This document shows positions 18,640 to 28,079 of a stretch of DNA of 64,000 bases, piece after piece (position 1 is the stretch's first letter; the number at the start of each line of letters is the position of its first letter). Source of the DNA: Ignavibacteriales bacterium (GTDB lineage Bacteria; Bacteroidota; Ignavibacteria; UBA10030; F1-140-MAGs086); NCBI GenBank assembly GCA_018335975.1, contig JAGXRH010000024.1, forward strand, positions 30,738 through 94,737, given 5' to 3'. The position numbers and the translations under genes were made by a program. Below the pieces are notes generated by a model. That model ran no database searches. It worked only from the letters and a program-made list of their open reading frames with translations, and had not been told where the DNA came from.

Positions 18640-19134
18640 ATGAAAAATCACCACATCAAAATTATTTTTTCTTTTATCCTTTTCGTTTTCCCGCTTGTTG
18701 TTATAGCACAACCTCCCGGAGGACCACCACGCGGGCGGGAACGGATTGAACAATTTCGGAAACTGAAACTCATCGAGGTTCTGGACTTAAAGGAAGACGA
18801 CGCGATTCGTTTTTTTGCAAAGTTCAATGAGCACGAAAAAATAATGCAGGATTTACAAAAACGCCGCGCCGACTTAGTTGATACTCTCGAAGTACTTCTC
18901 AAACAAAAAACAGCAGATAAAGTGTATGAGAATATTTTTGACGATATGTACGACGTGGAAGCCAAACTTCTCACTCACCGAAAGGCGTTTCGTGCGGAAC
19001 TCAAATCGCTTCTCACCGCGGAGCAAATGGCAAAACTCCATATTTTCCAACGAAGGTTTGGAGAACGCGTCCGTGAGACAATGGATGATATGCGTCGCGA
19101 AAAAGGTCAACGGCATCGGGAAGAGAGAGATTAG
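18640..19134 (+). CDS. Exported helical protein, Spy/CpxP/ZraP-like
   Basis: Signal peptide, LDLKED and LLTAEQ motifs. Confidence 0.65.
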   Translation: MKNHHIKIIFSFILFVFPLVVIAQPPGGPPRGRERIEQFRKLKLIEVLDLKEDDAIRFFAKFNEHEKIMQDLQKRRADLVDTLEVLLKQKTADKVYENIFDDMYDVEAKLLTHRKAFRAELKSLLTAEQMAKLHIFQRRFGERVRETMDDMRREKGQRHREERD

Positions 19135-19153
19135 CAACCGCCCCAAAAGAAAG

Positions 19154-19193
19154 AAACGGCGTTCGGATGCGTTCGCCGTTTTTTATTTTTTTT
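19154..19193 (+). terminator. Intrinsic terminator
   Basis: AAACGGCG/CGCCGTTT stem plus long T run. Confidence 0.8.
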
Positions 19194-19247
19194 CGTTGAG
19201 GGAACTTGGAAATGATTCCGGCTGTTTTGTATCTTAACCTCACAAAA

Positions 19248-19673
19248 ATGAAACTGAAAACGAAACATATTATTTTCTGGCGCGTAATTCTCCTGCTGTT
19301 TTTATTTTCCAACAGCGGATTTACAATGCTCTTGACAACGTGCAAGATGGAAAATTCGTCGTGTTGCGCAGACATGAAATCGCCTAAATCGTGCAATACA
19401 CCGTCTAAAACATCCACAGGGATTGTTTTAAAATCAAATAATGTAGCGTGCATGGAAACGAAACTTGTGGGTGGCTCTACTTCTACAAAACAAGCCGTGG
19501 TTGAAATTCAATTTCATATCCCTTCGCTGAAAGAAATTTCTTCTTTTGTTCTTTCCATCAACAGTTCAATCTTCTCACAATTTCATTCCTTTCTTACTTT
19601 TTCCTTCCGCGCACTTTCGAATAGCATCGTAGCGGTGGAGAAGTATGTACTTACCTCAATTCTCCGTATTTAA
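19248..19673 (+). CDS. Cys-containing exported leader-type protein upstream of metal efflux genes (HYC_CC_PP-like)
   Basis: 141 aa from ATG 19248; hydrophobic N-terminus, TTCKM-SSCC-SC-AC cysteines, C-terminus EKYVLTSILRI. Confidence 0.65.
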   Translation: MKLKTKHIIFWRVILLLFLFSNSGFTMLLTTCKMENSSCCADMKSPKSCNTPSKTSTGIVLKSNNVACMETKLVGGSTSTKQAVVEIQFHIPSLKEISSFVLSINSSIFSQFHSFLTFSFRALSNSIVAVEKYVLTSILRI

Positions 19674-19813
19674 TTTTCTCATTTGTTTTGAAATAACAAT
19701 TCGATTTTAAATTTTCGAATTCGTTTCAAAACATTTTTTGATTCCAGTTGCCAAGGTTGAATTTGCAATTGGAATACATTTTCGTTTAAACATTTTAAAC
19801 TATGAGAAAATTA
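19671..19813 (+). promoter_or_regulatory. Structured intercistronic RNA (four-way junction) able to occlude the tolC initiation region
   Basis: Perfect 12-bp helix 19671-19682/19802-19813 enclosing three hairpins; tolC ATG at 19815. Confidence 0.65.
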
Positions 19814-19814
19814 T

Positions 19815-21101
19815 ATGAACACATTTTTCAAACCTATTTTTTTTATCCTTCTCTTTTCGTTCGCAATGATTTCGAGAAGTCAGCAAGATTCACTTGTTCT
19901 TCCCGAATCGCAAACGCTTGATTTGCAATTTCTTATTGTTGAAGCGTTGCAAAACAATCCCGAAATTCAATCCGCGCAACTGGAATGGGATATGATGAAA
20001 ACAAAAATTCCGCAAGCCCAAACTCTCACCGCGCCCGAATTGCAATATATGCGTGAAGAAATGCCGGGATTCAACATTCGCGATGCAATGTATTCACGTT
20101 TTGAATTGATGCAAATGTTTCACTATCCGGGAAAACTCAAAACGATGGGTGAACTCGCACGCATAGAATCGGAACACGCTCATCATGACCATCTCGAAAA
20201 AATAAATGAAGTGGTCGCAAAATTGAAAATGGCGTATTTCGATTTGTGGTATGTGCAACAAGCGATGGTGCTCAATCGTGAAAACATTCGTTTGATGAAT
20301 CAATTTTTGCAAAGCGCGCAAACGAAATTCTCAACAGGAGAAACTGCAATGCAGGATATCTTCAAAGTGAAAGTGGAACTCGCAATGCTCGATAATGAAC
20401 TAGTGGAACTGCGCCAAAAAGAACTCAGCGCAAAAGCGATGTTGATGAGTATTCTCAATCGGAACGAAAAAGACACGATGAATTATGCGTTCATTCCCGA
20501 AGAAATAATTTTCTCCCCAACACTTGAAGAAGTTTTGAATTTGGCAATACAACTTCGACCAATGCTAAAACACGATTCACTTGGAGTTCACGAAGGAAAC
20601 GCAATGCTTTCGATGGCGAAGTTAGAATATTATCCCGATTTCAAAGTTGGATTACGGTACGATAATTCGCCGATGACAGGATTTAATGGCTGGTCGGTTT
20701 CGGCGGGAATTACGCTTCCGTTTGCGCTTTGGACGAAGGGAAAAGTTGATGCACAGGTGGAAGAGGCGAATATTTTTATAGACAAAGCCAACTCACAATT
20801 AACATCAACGCGCAATATGATTTTCTCGAATATCAAAAGTTTATACTACAAAGCGCAGGTGTATAAACAACAACTGAATACCTACCAAACAATTATTCTA
20901 CCACAAGCGCGGCAATCACTCGATGCAAGTTTAACGGCATATCAAAACGGGAAAACGGATTTTCTGATGTTACTCGATTCGTACCGTTCGCTGGTGGATT
21001 TGACGAAAATGTATTTTATGTTGCGAATGAATTTCGAACAAACGAACGCCGAACTCGACAAAGAAGTTGGATACCAAAACGTAGCAGCAATTAAAAACTA
21101 A
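19815..21101 (+). CDS. TolC-family outer membrane factor (CusC/CzcC-like)
   Basis: ALQNNPEI, YYPDF, AYQNGKTDFLMLLD; operon context. Confidence 0.9.
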   Translation: MNTFFKPIFFILLFSFAMISRSQQDSLVLPESQTLDLQFLIVEALQNNPEIQSAQLEWDMMKTKIPQAQTLTAPELQYMREEMPGFNIRDAMYSRFELMQMFHYPGKLKTMGELARIESEHAHHDHLEKINEVVAKLKMAYFDLWYVQQAMVLNRENIRLMNQFLQSAQTKFSTGETAMQDIFKVKVELAMLDNELVELRQKELSAKAMLMSILNRNEKDTMNYAFIPEEIIFSPTLEEVLNLAIQLRPMLKHDSLGVHEGNAMLSMAKLEYYPDFKVGLRYDNSPMTGFNGWSVSAGITLPFALWTKGKVDAQVEEANIFIDKANSQLTSTRNMIFSNIKSLYYKAQVYKQQLNTYQTIILPQARQSLDASLTAYQNGKTDFLMLLDSYRSLVDLTKMYFMLRMNFEQTNAELDKEVGYQNVAAIKN

Positions 21102-21117
21102 AAGTGAAAATTTTAAA

Positions 21118-22467
21118 ATGAAAGATTTATTTATGAAAAATATTTTTAGAAAAACACTTGTTGCGATTTTTTTCGCAACAACCATCACAATTCTCAATTG
21201 GAATTGTACTTCTTCCAATAATGAAACCGCATCGGGCGAAAAAATGGAAGAACGCAATCAGCAAAAGGCAAAAACACATTTCATTTGTCCGATGCATCCA
21301 TCCGTGCGAAGTGATAAGCCCGGCGTGTGTCCCGTGTGTAATATGTCACTCGTTGAAATAACGCAGGAGGATGAAGAAACCGAATCACGCGAAGAACACA
21401 AAACACTTGGAGAAATTACGATTTCTCCTGCAAAACAAATTCTTGCAAATGTTATGACAACGGTTGCAGAAAAAATGAAACTCACAAAAGAAATTCGCGC
21501 CGCAGGAAAAATAAGTTACGCCGAACCGAATTATGCGCATATCAGTATGCGTTTTCCCGGACGATTAGAAAAAAAATACATTAACTACACCGGACAAAAG
21601 GTGAAGATTGGTGACCCTGTCGTTGATATTTACAGTCCAGAAGCAATTTCTGCGCAGAAAGAATTTTTACTTGCCTTGAACTCGAATGAAGAAGTACAAC
21701 AAAGTGGAATTGACTTATCCGATGCGCAAACACTTCTTCAACAAGCGAAACAAAAATTATTGCGCTGGGGATTTGCCGAAGAAGAAATTTCTGAATTGCA
21801 GAAAACAAAACAGGTGAAAGATATTTTTACCATGTATTCTCCCGTGAGCGGAACGGTAATTAAAAATGAACTGCACGTGCAGCATTACGCAGCAATGGGA
21901 GAAGATTTATATGACGTTGTGGATTTATCAAACGTGTGGGTGCAAGCAGATGTTTACGAAACAGAAATGCAATTCATAAAAATCGGACAGGAAGTTGAAG
22001 CAACAACCGAAGCATATCCGAACGAAAAATTTATCGGAAAAATAATTTTCATTTCTCCAACAATTGATGCAACAGCAAGAACAGTGCGAGTGCGGATTGA
22101 ATTTCTAAACAGAGAAGAAAAACTAAAAACTGAATTGTTTATGAATGCAACAATAAAAATTGAATTAGCAGAAGAAGTTGTCGTTCCACAAAGCGCAATA
22201 ATATCAACGGGAAATCGTAACGTGGTGTATGTTCAGAAAGGCGATAAAATTTTTGAACCGCGTTTTGTGAAACTTGGAGGTTCGGCAGAAAATTATGTTC
22301 AGATTCTTTCAGGAATTGAACCCGGCGAAACCATTGTAACAAGCGGCGGATATTTGCTCGATTCGGAAAGTCAATTGCAAATGGGAATGGGAACAAGTGA
22401 ACACGCAGAACACGGTGAAAAAAAAGAAACTCAAAAACCAAACGAAAATAATAATCATCAACATTAA
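21118..22467 (+). CDS. CusB-like RND membrane fusion protein with heavy-metal-binding domain
   Basis: FICPMHPSVRSDKPGVCPVCNMSL, YSPE, LLDSESQL, His-containing tail. Confidence 0.92.
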   Translation: MKDLFMKNIFRKTLVAIFFATTITILNWNCTSSNNETASGEKMEERNQQKAKTHFICPMHPSVRSDKPGVCPVCNMSLVEITQEDEETESREEHKTLGEITISPAKQILANVMTTVAEKMKLTKEIRAAGKISYAEPNYAHISMRFPGRLEKKYINYTGQKVKIGDPVVDIYSPEAISAQKEFLLALNSNEEVQQSGIDLSDAQTLLQQAKQKLLRWGFAEEEISELQKTKQVKDIFTMYSPVSGTVIKNELHVQHYAAMGEDLYDVVDLSNVWVQADVYETEMQFIKIGQEVEATTEAYPNEKFIGKIIFISPTIDATARTVRVRIEFLNREEKLKTELFMNATIKIELAEEVVVPQSAIISTGNRNVVYVQKGDKIFEPRFVKLGGSAENYVQILSGIEPGETIVTSGGYLLDSESQLQMGMGTSEHAEHGEKKETQKPNENNNHQH

Positions 22468-22481
22468 TCTTATTGTACTTT

Positions 22482-23060
22482 ATGAAACAGAACTATGTAT
22501 TTTTTATAACAGCACTTCTCCTTTCAACTTTTTCCTCCGGTTGTATGATGTTTATGCACGGCGGAATGATGGGCGATTCACACGATTCTCAATCTCAAAA
22601 TAAACACGATATGAAACCGACGGTGAAAGAAGTAACCGTTGGCGATTATCGTATCGTTGCAGAATTTCCTCACTTGATGCAACACGAAGAAACGAATTTC
22701 ACGTTGAAAATATTTTCCTCCAAAGATTCTTTGTGGACAAACGCAAAAGTGAGAATACAAGTTGCAAATGAGAATAAAGAAAAACTTGTTGATGAAATTC
22801 TTTCTTCCTCTGAAAAACAAATGTACGATTACCAATTTATTCCGCACGAGAAAGGAAAGTTCACCATCTCATTCGTCGTTGAACAACTTGATGAATCATT
22901 ATTGAAAATGCCAATCACTCTTTCTGAAACTTTAGAAACAATGGAAATGGGAGAAAGCCATCAAAACCACAGCAGCGGATTTGAACTCACGCCAACAATG
23001 GTAGTCGGAGGAGTTGTAATGCTTGCGATGATGGTGGTGATGATGGGAAGAATATTTTAA
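22482..23060 (+). CDS. Met/His-rich lipoprotein with C-terminal TM helix
   Basis: SSGC lipobox then MMFMHGGMMGDSH; C-terminal MVVGGVVMLAMMVVMMG. Confidence 0.65.
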   Translation: MKQNYVFFITALLLSTFSSGCMMFMHGGMMGDSHDSQSQNKHDMKPTVKEVTVGDYRIVAEFPHLMQHEETNFTLKIFSSKDSLWTNAKVRIQVANENKEKLVDEILSSSEKQMYDYQFIPHEKGKFTISFVVEQLDESLLKMPITLSETLETMEMGESHQNHSSGFELTPTMVVGGVVMLAMMVVMMGRIF

Positions 23061-23173
23061 GATGTGAATTGTGCGAATATCGAAACGTACGAATTTACGA
23101 ATCGCTAGATTGATATTCGCAAATTCGTAACCATTCGTTATTCGCACAACAAAAATTTAAACACAAAACTTTT

Positions 23174-26100
23174 ATGATTGAAAAAATAATAGACTACTCC
23201 GCTCGTAATAAATTCGTTGTCATCGTATTTTATTTGCTCATCATCGGATGGGGAATATGGTCGGTGAAACATACGCCCGTTGACGCAATTCCCGATTTGT
23301 CCGACAACCAAGTAATTGTGTTCACGCAATGGATGGGACGCTCGCCGAAAATTATGGAAGACCAAATCACGTTTCCGTTGATGAGCAATTTGCAAGGACT
23401 TCCGAAAGTGAGAGCAGTCCGCGCGCAATCAATGTTCGGAATGTCATTTGTCTTCGTCATCTTTGAAGATGATGCCGATATTTATTGGGCGCGAAGTCGT
23501 GTGCTCGAAAAACTGAATTATGCTTCGTCGTTTCTTCCCGCCGGAGTTGTTCCAACGCTTGGTCCCGACGGAACGGGAGTTGGTCACGTGTATTGGTACA
23601 CCGTTGAAAGCAACAAACACGACCTTGCAGAACTTCGCGCTATTCAGGATTGGTATATTCGTTATCAACTGAATTCTGTTCACGGTGTTGCGGAAGTTGC
23701 GAGTATCGGCGGCTTTGTAAAACAATATCAAATTGATTTGGACCCGAACAAACTCGTTGCGTACGATTTGCATTATATGTCGGTTGTTGATGCAATCAAA
23801 AACACGAATCGTGAAGTTGGTGGAAAAATCATTGAGCAGAACGATGTTGCAATGTACGTTCGCGGTGAAAGTTACGTGCGTTCAGTCGCGGATATTGAAA
23901 ATGTCGTTATCGGAGCGGGAAATAATGGTGTTCCGATTTATGTGCGGAATGTCGGCACAGTGCAAATGGGAAGTGATTTACGTCTCGGTATGCTCGATAA
24001 GAATGGTGAAGGAGAAGTCGTCGGTGGAATTATTGTAATGCGTTACGGCGAAAATGCAAAAGACGTTATCGTCCGCGTGAAAGAAAAAATTTCCGAAATC
24101 AAAAAAGGATTACCGAGCGGTGTGGAAATAAAAATGGCGTACGACCGTTCGGAATTGATTGACAAATCTATCGGCACACTTGAAGACGCGCTCATTGAAG
24201 AAGGAATCGTCGTCAGTTTAGTTGTGCTGATGTTCCTTCTGCATTTGCGAAGCGTCATTCGCGTTATCATTGAAATTCCGGTTGCGGTTCTCATTGCATT
24301 TATTTTTATGAAAGAGTTCGGCATCACCTCCAATATAATGTCGCTCGGAGGAATTGCAATTGCGATTGGAGTGATTGTTGACGCTTCGATTGTGCTTGTC
24401 GAAAATGCGTATCGCAACGTCGCTCGCGCTCAGGAAGAAAAGGGAACGCTCACGAAAGAAGAGTACATCGAAATTTCTATCCGTTCCGCAAAACAAGTTG
24501 GTCCTGCAATTTTTTATTCTGTTGCAATTATGGTGGTGTCGTTTCTTCCGGTGTTTCTTCTCGAAGGACAGGAAGGAAAACTTTTCAAACCGCTTGCGTT
24601 CACAAAAACATTTGTTCTGCTTGGCTCTGCCATTATCGCAATTACACTCGTGCCAATGCTAATGACGATGTTGACGCGCGGAAAATTCAGAAGCGAAAAC
24701 AAAAATCCGATTACAAAATTTTTGAATTGGCTCTACGCGCCGATTATTCATTGGGTTTTAAAATGGAAGAAGACAACGATAGCGCTCAATGTTCTTGCGC
24801 TTCTCATTACGATTCCGATGATATCGAATATCGGTTCGGAGTTTATGCCGCCGCTCGATGAAGGAAGTTTATTGTTTATGCCGGTTACGCTTCCCAATGT
24901 TTCGATTACCGAAGCAAAAAGAATTTTACAGGTGCAGGATAAAATTATTTCAGAAATTCCGGAAGTGGAGCAAGTGCTCGGAAAAGTCGGGCGAGCAGAA
25001 ACGGCTACCGATAACGCGCCGATAAGTATGATTGAGTCTATCATTCTTTTAAAACCGAAAGAGAAATGGCGCGCAGGAATGACGAAAGATAAATTAATCA
25101 GCGAGATGGATGCGAAGTTGCAAATTCCCGGTGTGCGAAACGGGTGGACGCAGCCGATTATCAACCGCATCAATATGCTTTCGACGGGAGTGCGGACGGA
25201 TTTGGGCGTAAAAGTTTTTGGCGATAATCTTGATACGCTCGAACGGCTTGCAATTGAATCAGAAAAAATTCTGAAAACAATTCCCGGCGCGGCGGATTTG
25301 TATGCGGAACGAACTATCGGCGGAGAATTTCTCGATATCAATGTTCAACCGGAAAAAGTTGCGCGATATGGAATCAATGTCGGCGATGTTTTGAATGTCA
25401 TCGAAACGGCAATCGGCGGAGAAAATATTTCGACAACTGTTGAAGGACGAAAACGATTTCCGATTCGTGTTCGATTCGCAAAAGATTACCGCGATAATGT
25501 TGAAGCGTTGAAACGATTACTTGTTCCCGTTCCGGCAATGATGAATGAAGAAGAAAGTGGTCAGCAGTCGGTAGTCAGTAGTCAATCGTCAATGGGGATG
25601 GAGCAAGGAGCAGGGAGCGTGGAACAAACTCGTAACTCGCAACTCGTAACTCGTAAATACGTATTCATTCCACTTTCAATGCTCGCAGAAATAAAACAAG
25701 TTTCTGGTCCTCCGATGATTGGAAGTGAAAATAGTTTGCTGCGTTCCATCGTTTTCCTCAATGTGCGCGGGCGTGATATGGGAAGTTTTGTAAACGAAGC
25801 GAAAGAAAAACTCGATAAGAATTTGAAACTTCCTGCGGGCTATTATGTTGCGTGGAGCGGACAATGGGAAAATCAACTTCGCGCAAAAGAACGGATGCAA
25901 CTCGTGATGCCGATTGTGTTCTTTCTCATTTTTCTGATGCTCTATTTTGTAACGAAAGAATTTTCCGAAGCGTTTGTCGTGATGCTTTCCGTTCCGTTTG
26001 CACTCATTGGCGGCGTGTATCTTATTTACATTTTGGGATATAATTTTTCTGTCGCAGTGTGGGTTGGTTTTATTGCGCTGTACGGACTTGCAGTAGAAAC

Positions 26101-26467
26101 CGGTTTGGTAATGGTTGTGTATTTGCACGAAGCGCTCGATAGAAAACTGCACGCGTACGAAAAAGGAGAACGCGGAATTATAACCGCAGAAGATGTAACC
26201 GAAGCGACGATTGAGGGTTCTGTGTTGCGTTTGCGTCCGAAAATTATGACGGTGGGAACAAGTTTGATTGGTTTGCTTCCGATAATGTGGAGCACAGGAG
26301 TTGGCGCAGATTTGATGAAACCCATCGCCGCGCCGTTGATTGGCGGATTGATTACCTCAACAATTCACGTGCTCGTGGTAACGCCGATATTGTTTCACTA
26401 TATGAAAATGCACGCGTTGAAGAAAGGCAAACTTACAAAATCAAAAATGGCGGGATGGATGAAGTAG
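23174..26467 (+). CDS. cusA: CusA/CzcA-family heavy-metal RND permease (Cu/Ag type)
   Basis: DAIPDLSDNQVIV, GSEFMPPLDEG, RINMLSTG, RLRPKIMT. Confidence 0.92.
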   Translation: MIEKIIDYSARNKFVVIVFYLLIIGWGIWSVKHTPVDAIPDLSDNQVIVFTQWMGRSPKIMEDQITFPLMSNLQGLPKVRAVRAQSMFGMSFVFVIFEDDADIYWARSRVLEKLNYASSFLPAGVVPTLGPDGTGVGHVYWYTVESNKHDLAELRAIQDWYIRYQLNSVHGVAEVASIGGFVKQYQIDLDPNKLVAYDLHYMSVVDAIKNTNREVGGKIIEQNDVAMYVRGESYVRSVADIENVVIGAGNNGVPIYVRNVGTVQMGSDLRLGMLDKNGEGEVVGGIIVMRYGENAKDVIVRVKEKISEIKKGLPSGVEIKMAYDRSELIDKSIGTLEDALIEEGIVVSLVVLMFLLHLRSVIRVIIEIPVAVLIAFIFMKEFGITSNIMSLGGIAIAIGVIVDASIVLVENAYRNVARAQEEKGTLTKEEYIEISIRSAKQVGPAIFYSVAIMVVSFLPVFLLEGQEGKLFKPLAFTKTFVLLGSAIIAITLVPMLMTMLTRGKFRSENKNPITKFLNWLYAPIIHWVLKWKKTTIALNVLALLITIPMISNIGSEFMPPLDEGSLLFMPVTLPNVSITEAKRILQVQDKIISEIPEVEQVLGKVGRAETATDNAPISMIESIILLKPKEKWRAGMTKDKLISEMDAKLQIPGVRNGWTQPIINRINMLSTGVRTDLGVKVFGDNLDTLERLAIESEKILKTIPGAADLYAERTIGGEFLDINVQPEKVARYGINVGDVLNVIETAIGGENISTTVEGRKRFPIRVRFAKDYRDNVEALKRLLVPVPAMMNEEESGQQSVVSSQSSMGMEQGAGSVEQTRNSQLVTRKYVFIPLSMLAEIKQVSGPPMIGSENSLLRSIVFLNVRGRDMGSFVNEAKEKLDKNLKLPAGYYVAWSGQWENQLRAKERMQLVMPIVFFLIFLMLYFVTKEFSEAFVVMLSVPFALIGGVYLIYILGYNFSVAVWVGFIALYGLAVETGLVMVVYLHEALDRKLHAYEKGERGIITAEDVTEATIEGSVLRLRPKIMTVGTSLIGLLPIMWSTGVGADLMKPIAAPLIGGLITSTIHVLVVTPILFHYMKMHALKKGKLTKSKMAGWMK

Positions 26468-26475
26468 ATAATTTC

Positions 26476-26558
26476 ACCACGAATTTTCGTTGATGCTTCA
26501 CGGATTTGCACGAATTATATCTGCGTAAATCCGTGTTTCATTTGTGTACATTCGCGGT
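26476..26558. repeat. Family A palindrome, copy 3
   Basis: ACCACGAATTTTCGTTGATGCTTCACGGATTTGCACGAAT...ATCCGTGTTTCATTTGTGTACATTCGCGGT. Confidence 0.8.
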
Positions 26559-27067
26559 TAATTTCTCTAATTCCAGCAACCATTTTTTTCTCCACAATCC
26601 GCCGCCGTAACCGGTTAAGTTTCCATCTTCGCCAATCACGCGATGACACGGAATGATGATAGAAATTCTATTCATTCCGTTTGCCCGCCCGATTGCGCGA
26701 ATAGCTTCCGGTTTGTTTATTGCGAGCACTTGTTGTTTGTATGAACGTGTCGCGCCGTACGGAATTTTCTGCAATTCATTCCACACGCACAGTTGAAATT
26801 CTGTTCCCGGAGTAACAAGCGGAAGAGAAAACTTTTTCCGTTTGCCTTCAAAATATTCTGCGAGTTGTTTGCGGAGTTTATCAAAATGTTTGTTCCCGCT
26901 TTCAACAGCCGAAGCGTTGAAAAATTTCCTCTACGCTTTCAATTCTGTTGGCAATGCTTTTCTGTTTGTGAATTCCAAGAGACAAATTCCTTGTTCGATG
27001 CCGCAAGCGGCATTTCTCCCAACAGAGTTTCAATTTTCGTGCTGTTGATTATGTTTTTGTTTGTCAT
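26538..27067 (-). pseudogene. ogt: Methylated-DNA-protein-cysteine methyltransferase (Ogt/Ada C-terminal domain) pseudogene
   Basis: IPCHRVIG and GYGGGLWRK motifs; frameshift near 26990 (AASNK to GICLLEF) and in-frame TAG at 26931-26933. Confidence 0.85.
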
Positions 27068-27237
27068 TACAAGATATTCACCGCTAATTTTCACGGATGC
27101 ATCGCAGATTTTCATATTCTCTACTTTGATTCCCATCAGATAGTTCCTTTATCATACCCTTTTGCGATGGAGTTTTTTGTTTTTCCCCTCCATCCTCGTT
27201 ATTTTTCGCTCGCAAATTTATTCTCTCCAATTTACGT

Positions 27238-27876
27238 ATGCTCCGAATCAACGAAATATTTTATTCCATTCAAGGCGAATCGTCGCGGATGGGATTGCCG
27301 TGCGTGTTTGTACGGCTCACCGCTTGCAACCTCCGATGCACGTACTGCGATACGGAATACGCATTTTATGAAGGAGGAGAACAAACGCTGGAAAATATCG
27401 TCGAAGAAATTCGTTCGTATAACTGCAATCTTGTTGAAATAACGGGAGGCGAACCGTTATTACAGGAAGAAGTGTACGAATTGATGAAACGACTCTGCGA
27501 TGCGGGTTATGAAGTGTTGCTCGAAACCGGCGGACATATCCTTGTGGATCGCGTTGACCTGCGCGTGAAAAAAATCATTGATGTAAAAACTCCATCATCG
27601 GGGATGATGAAACATAACGAAGAGCGCAATCTTGACCTCGCCACTTCTTCCGATGAAATAAAATTTGTCATCGGCACGCGCGAGGACTATGATTGGGCGA
27701 AACAAATAATCGCAAAACACAACCTTTCAGAAAAACTTACTGTGCTGATGTCAGTAACTTTTAGTGAACTTGCGTTGCAAGAACTTGCGGAGTGGATTTT
27801 GCACGACCGGCTCAAGGTTCGTTTTCAACTGCAAATGCACAAATTTATCTGGCATCCGTTAACGCGGGGAGTGTGA
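27238..27876 (+). CDS. queE: 7-carboxy-7-deazaguanine synthase (radical SAM)
   Basis: EIFYSIQGES, CNLRCTYCDT, ITGGEP, QLQMHK. Confidence 0.93.
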   Translation: MLRINEIFYSIQGESSRMGLPCVFVRLTACNLRCTYCDTEYAFYEGGEQTLENIVEEIRSYNCNLVEITGGEPLLQEEVYELMKRLCDAGYEVLLETGGHILVDRVDLRVKKIIDVKTPSSGMMKHNEERNLDLATSSDEIKFVIGTREDYDWAKQIIAKHNLSEKLTVLMSVTFSELALQELAEWILHDRLKVRFQLQMHKFIWHPLTRGV

Positions 27877-28079
27877 TAGGTCTGTAAAAGAAAAATAGAC
27901 TACGCTTTCCTAAAATAATTGACGTAATTTCAAATGTTTACGAGTCTAACTGAAATAAGTTGAGGCATCACTCCTATAGAAATTGGTGTGGTCTGACTGC
28001 GCTCACCACGACGTACCTTGACTTTCTTAAAAGCATTTCTTACATTGAGAACAAATTTTTACAATTACACTTGAACATT

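Noticed and set aside
5340..26558. Family A repeats as a CRISPR array or canonical attC sites
   Set aside because: Copies are dispersed and degenerate, have no unique spacers, lack RYYYAAC/GTTRRRY ends, and no cas or intI gene is present
26931..26933. TAG readthrough or recoding in ogt
   Set aside because: A separate frameshift is also present, and TAG is used as a normal stop elsewhere (mnmE, cusA)
27120..27237. preQ1 riboswitch upstream of queE
   Set aside because: A GATGGAG/CTCCATC hairpin is present, but the preQ1-I stem-loop plus A-rich tail is not
27880..28079. sppA 5' extension or an ncRNA in the queE-sppA gap
   Set aside because: The signal peptide starts at 28080; only a single degenerate REP-like unit (27988-28009) is recognisable
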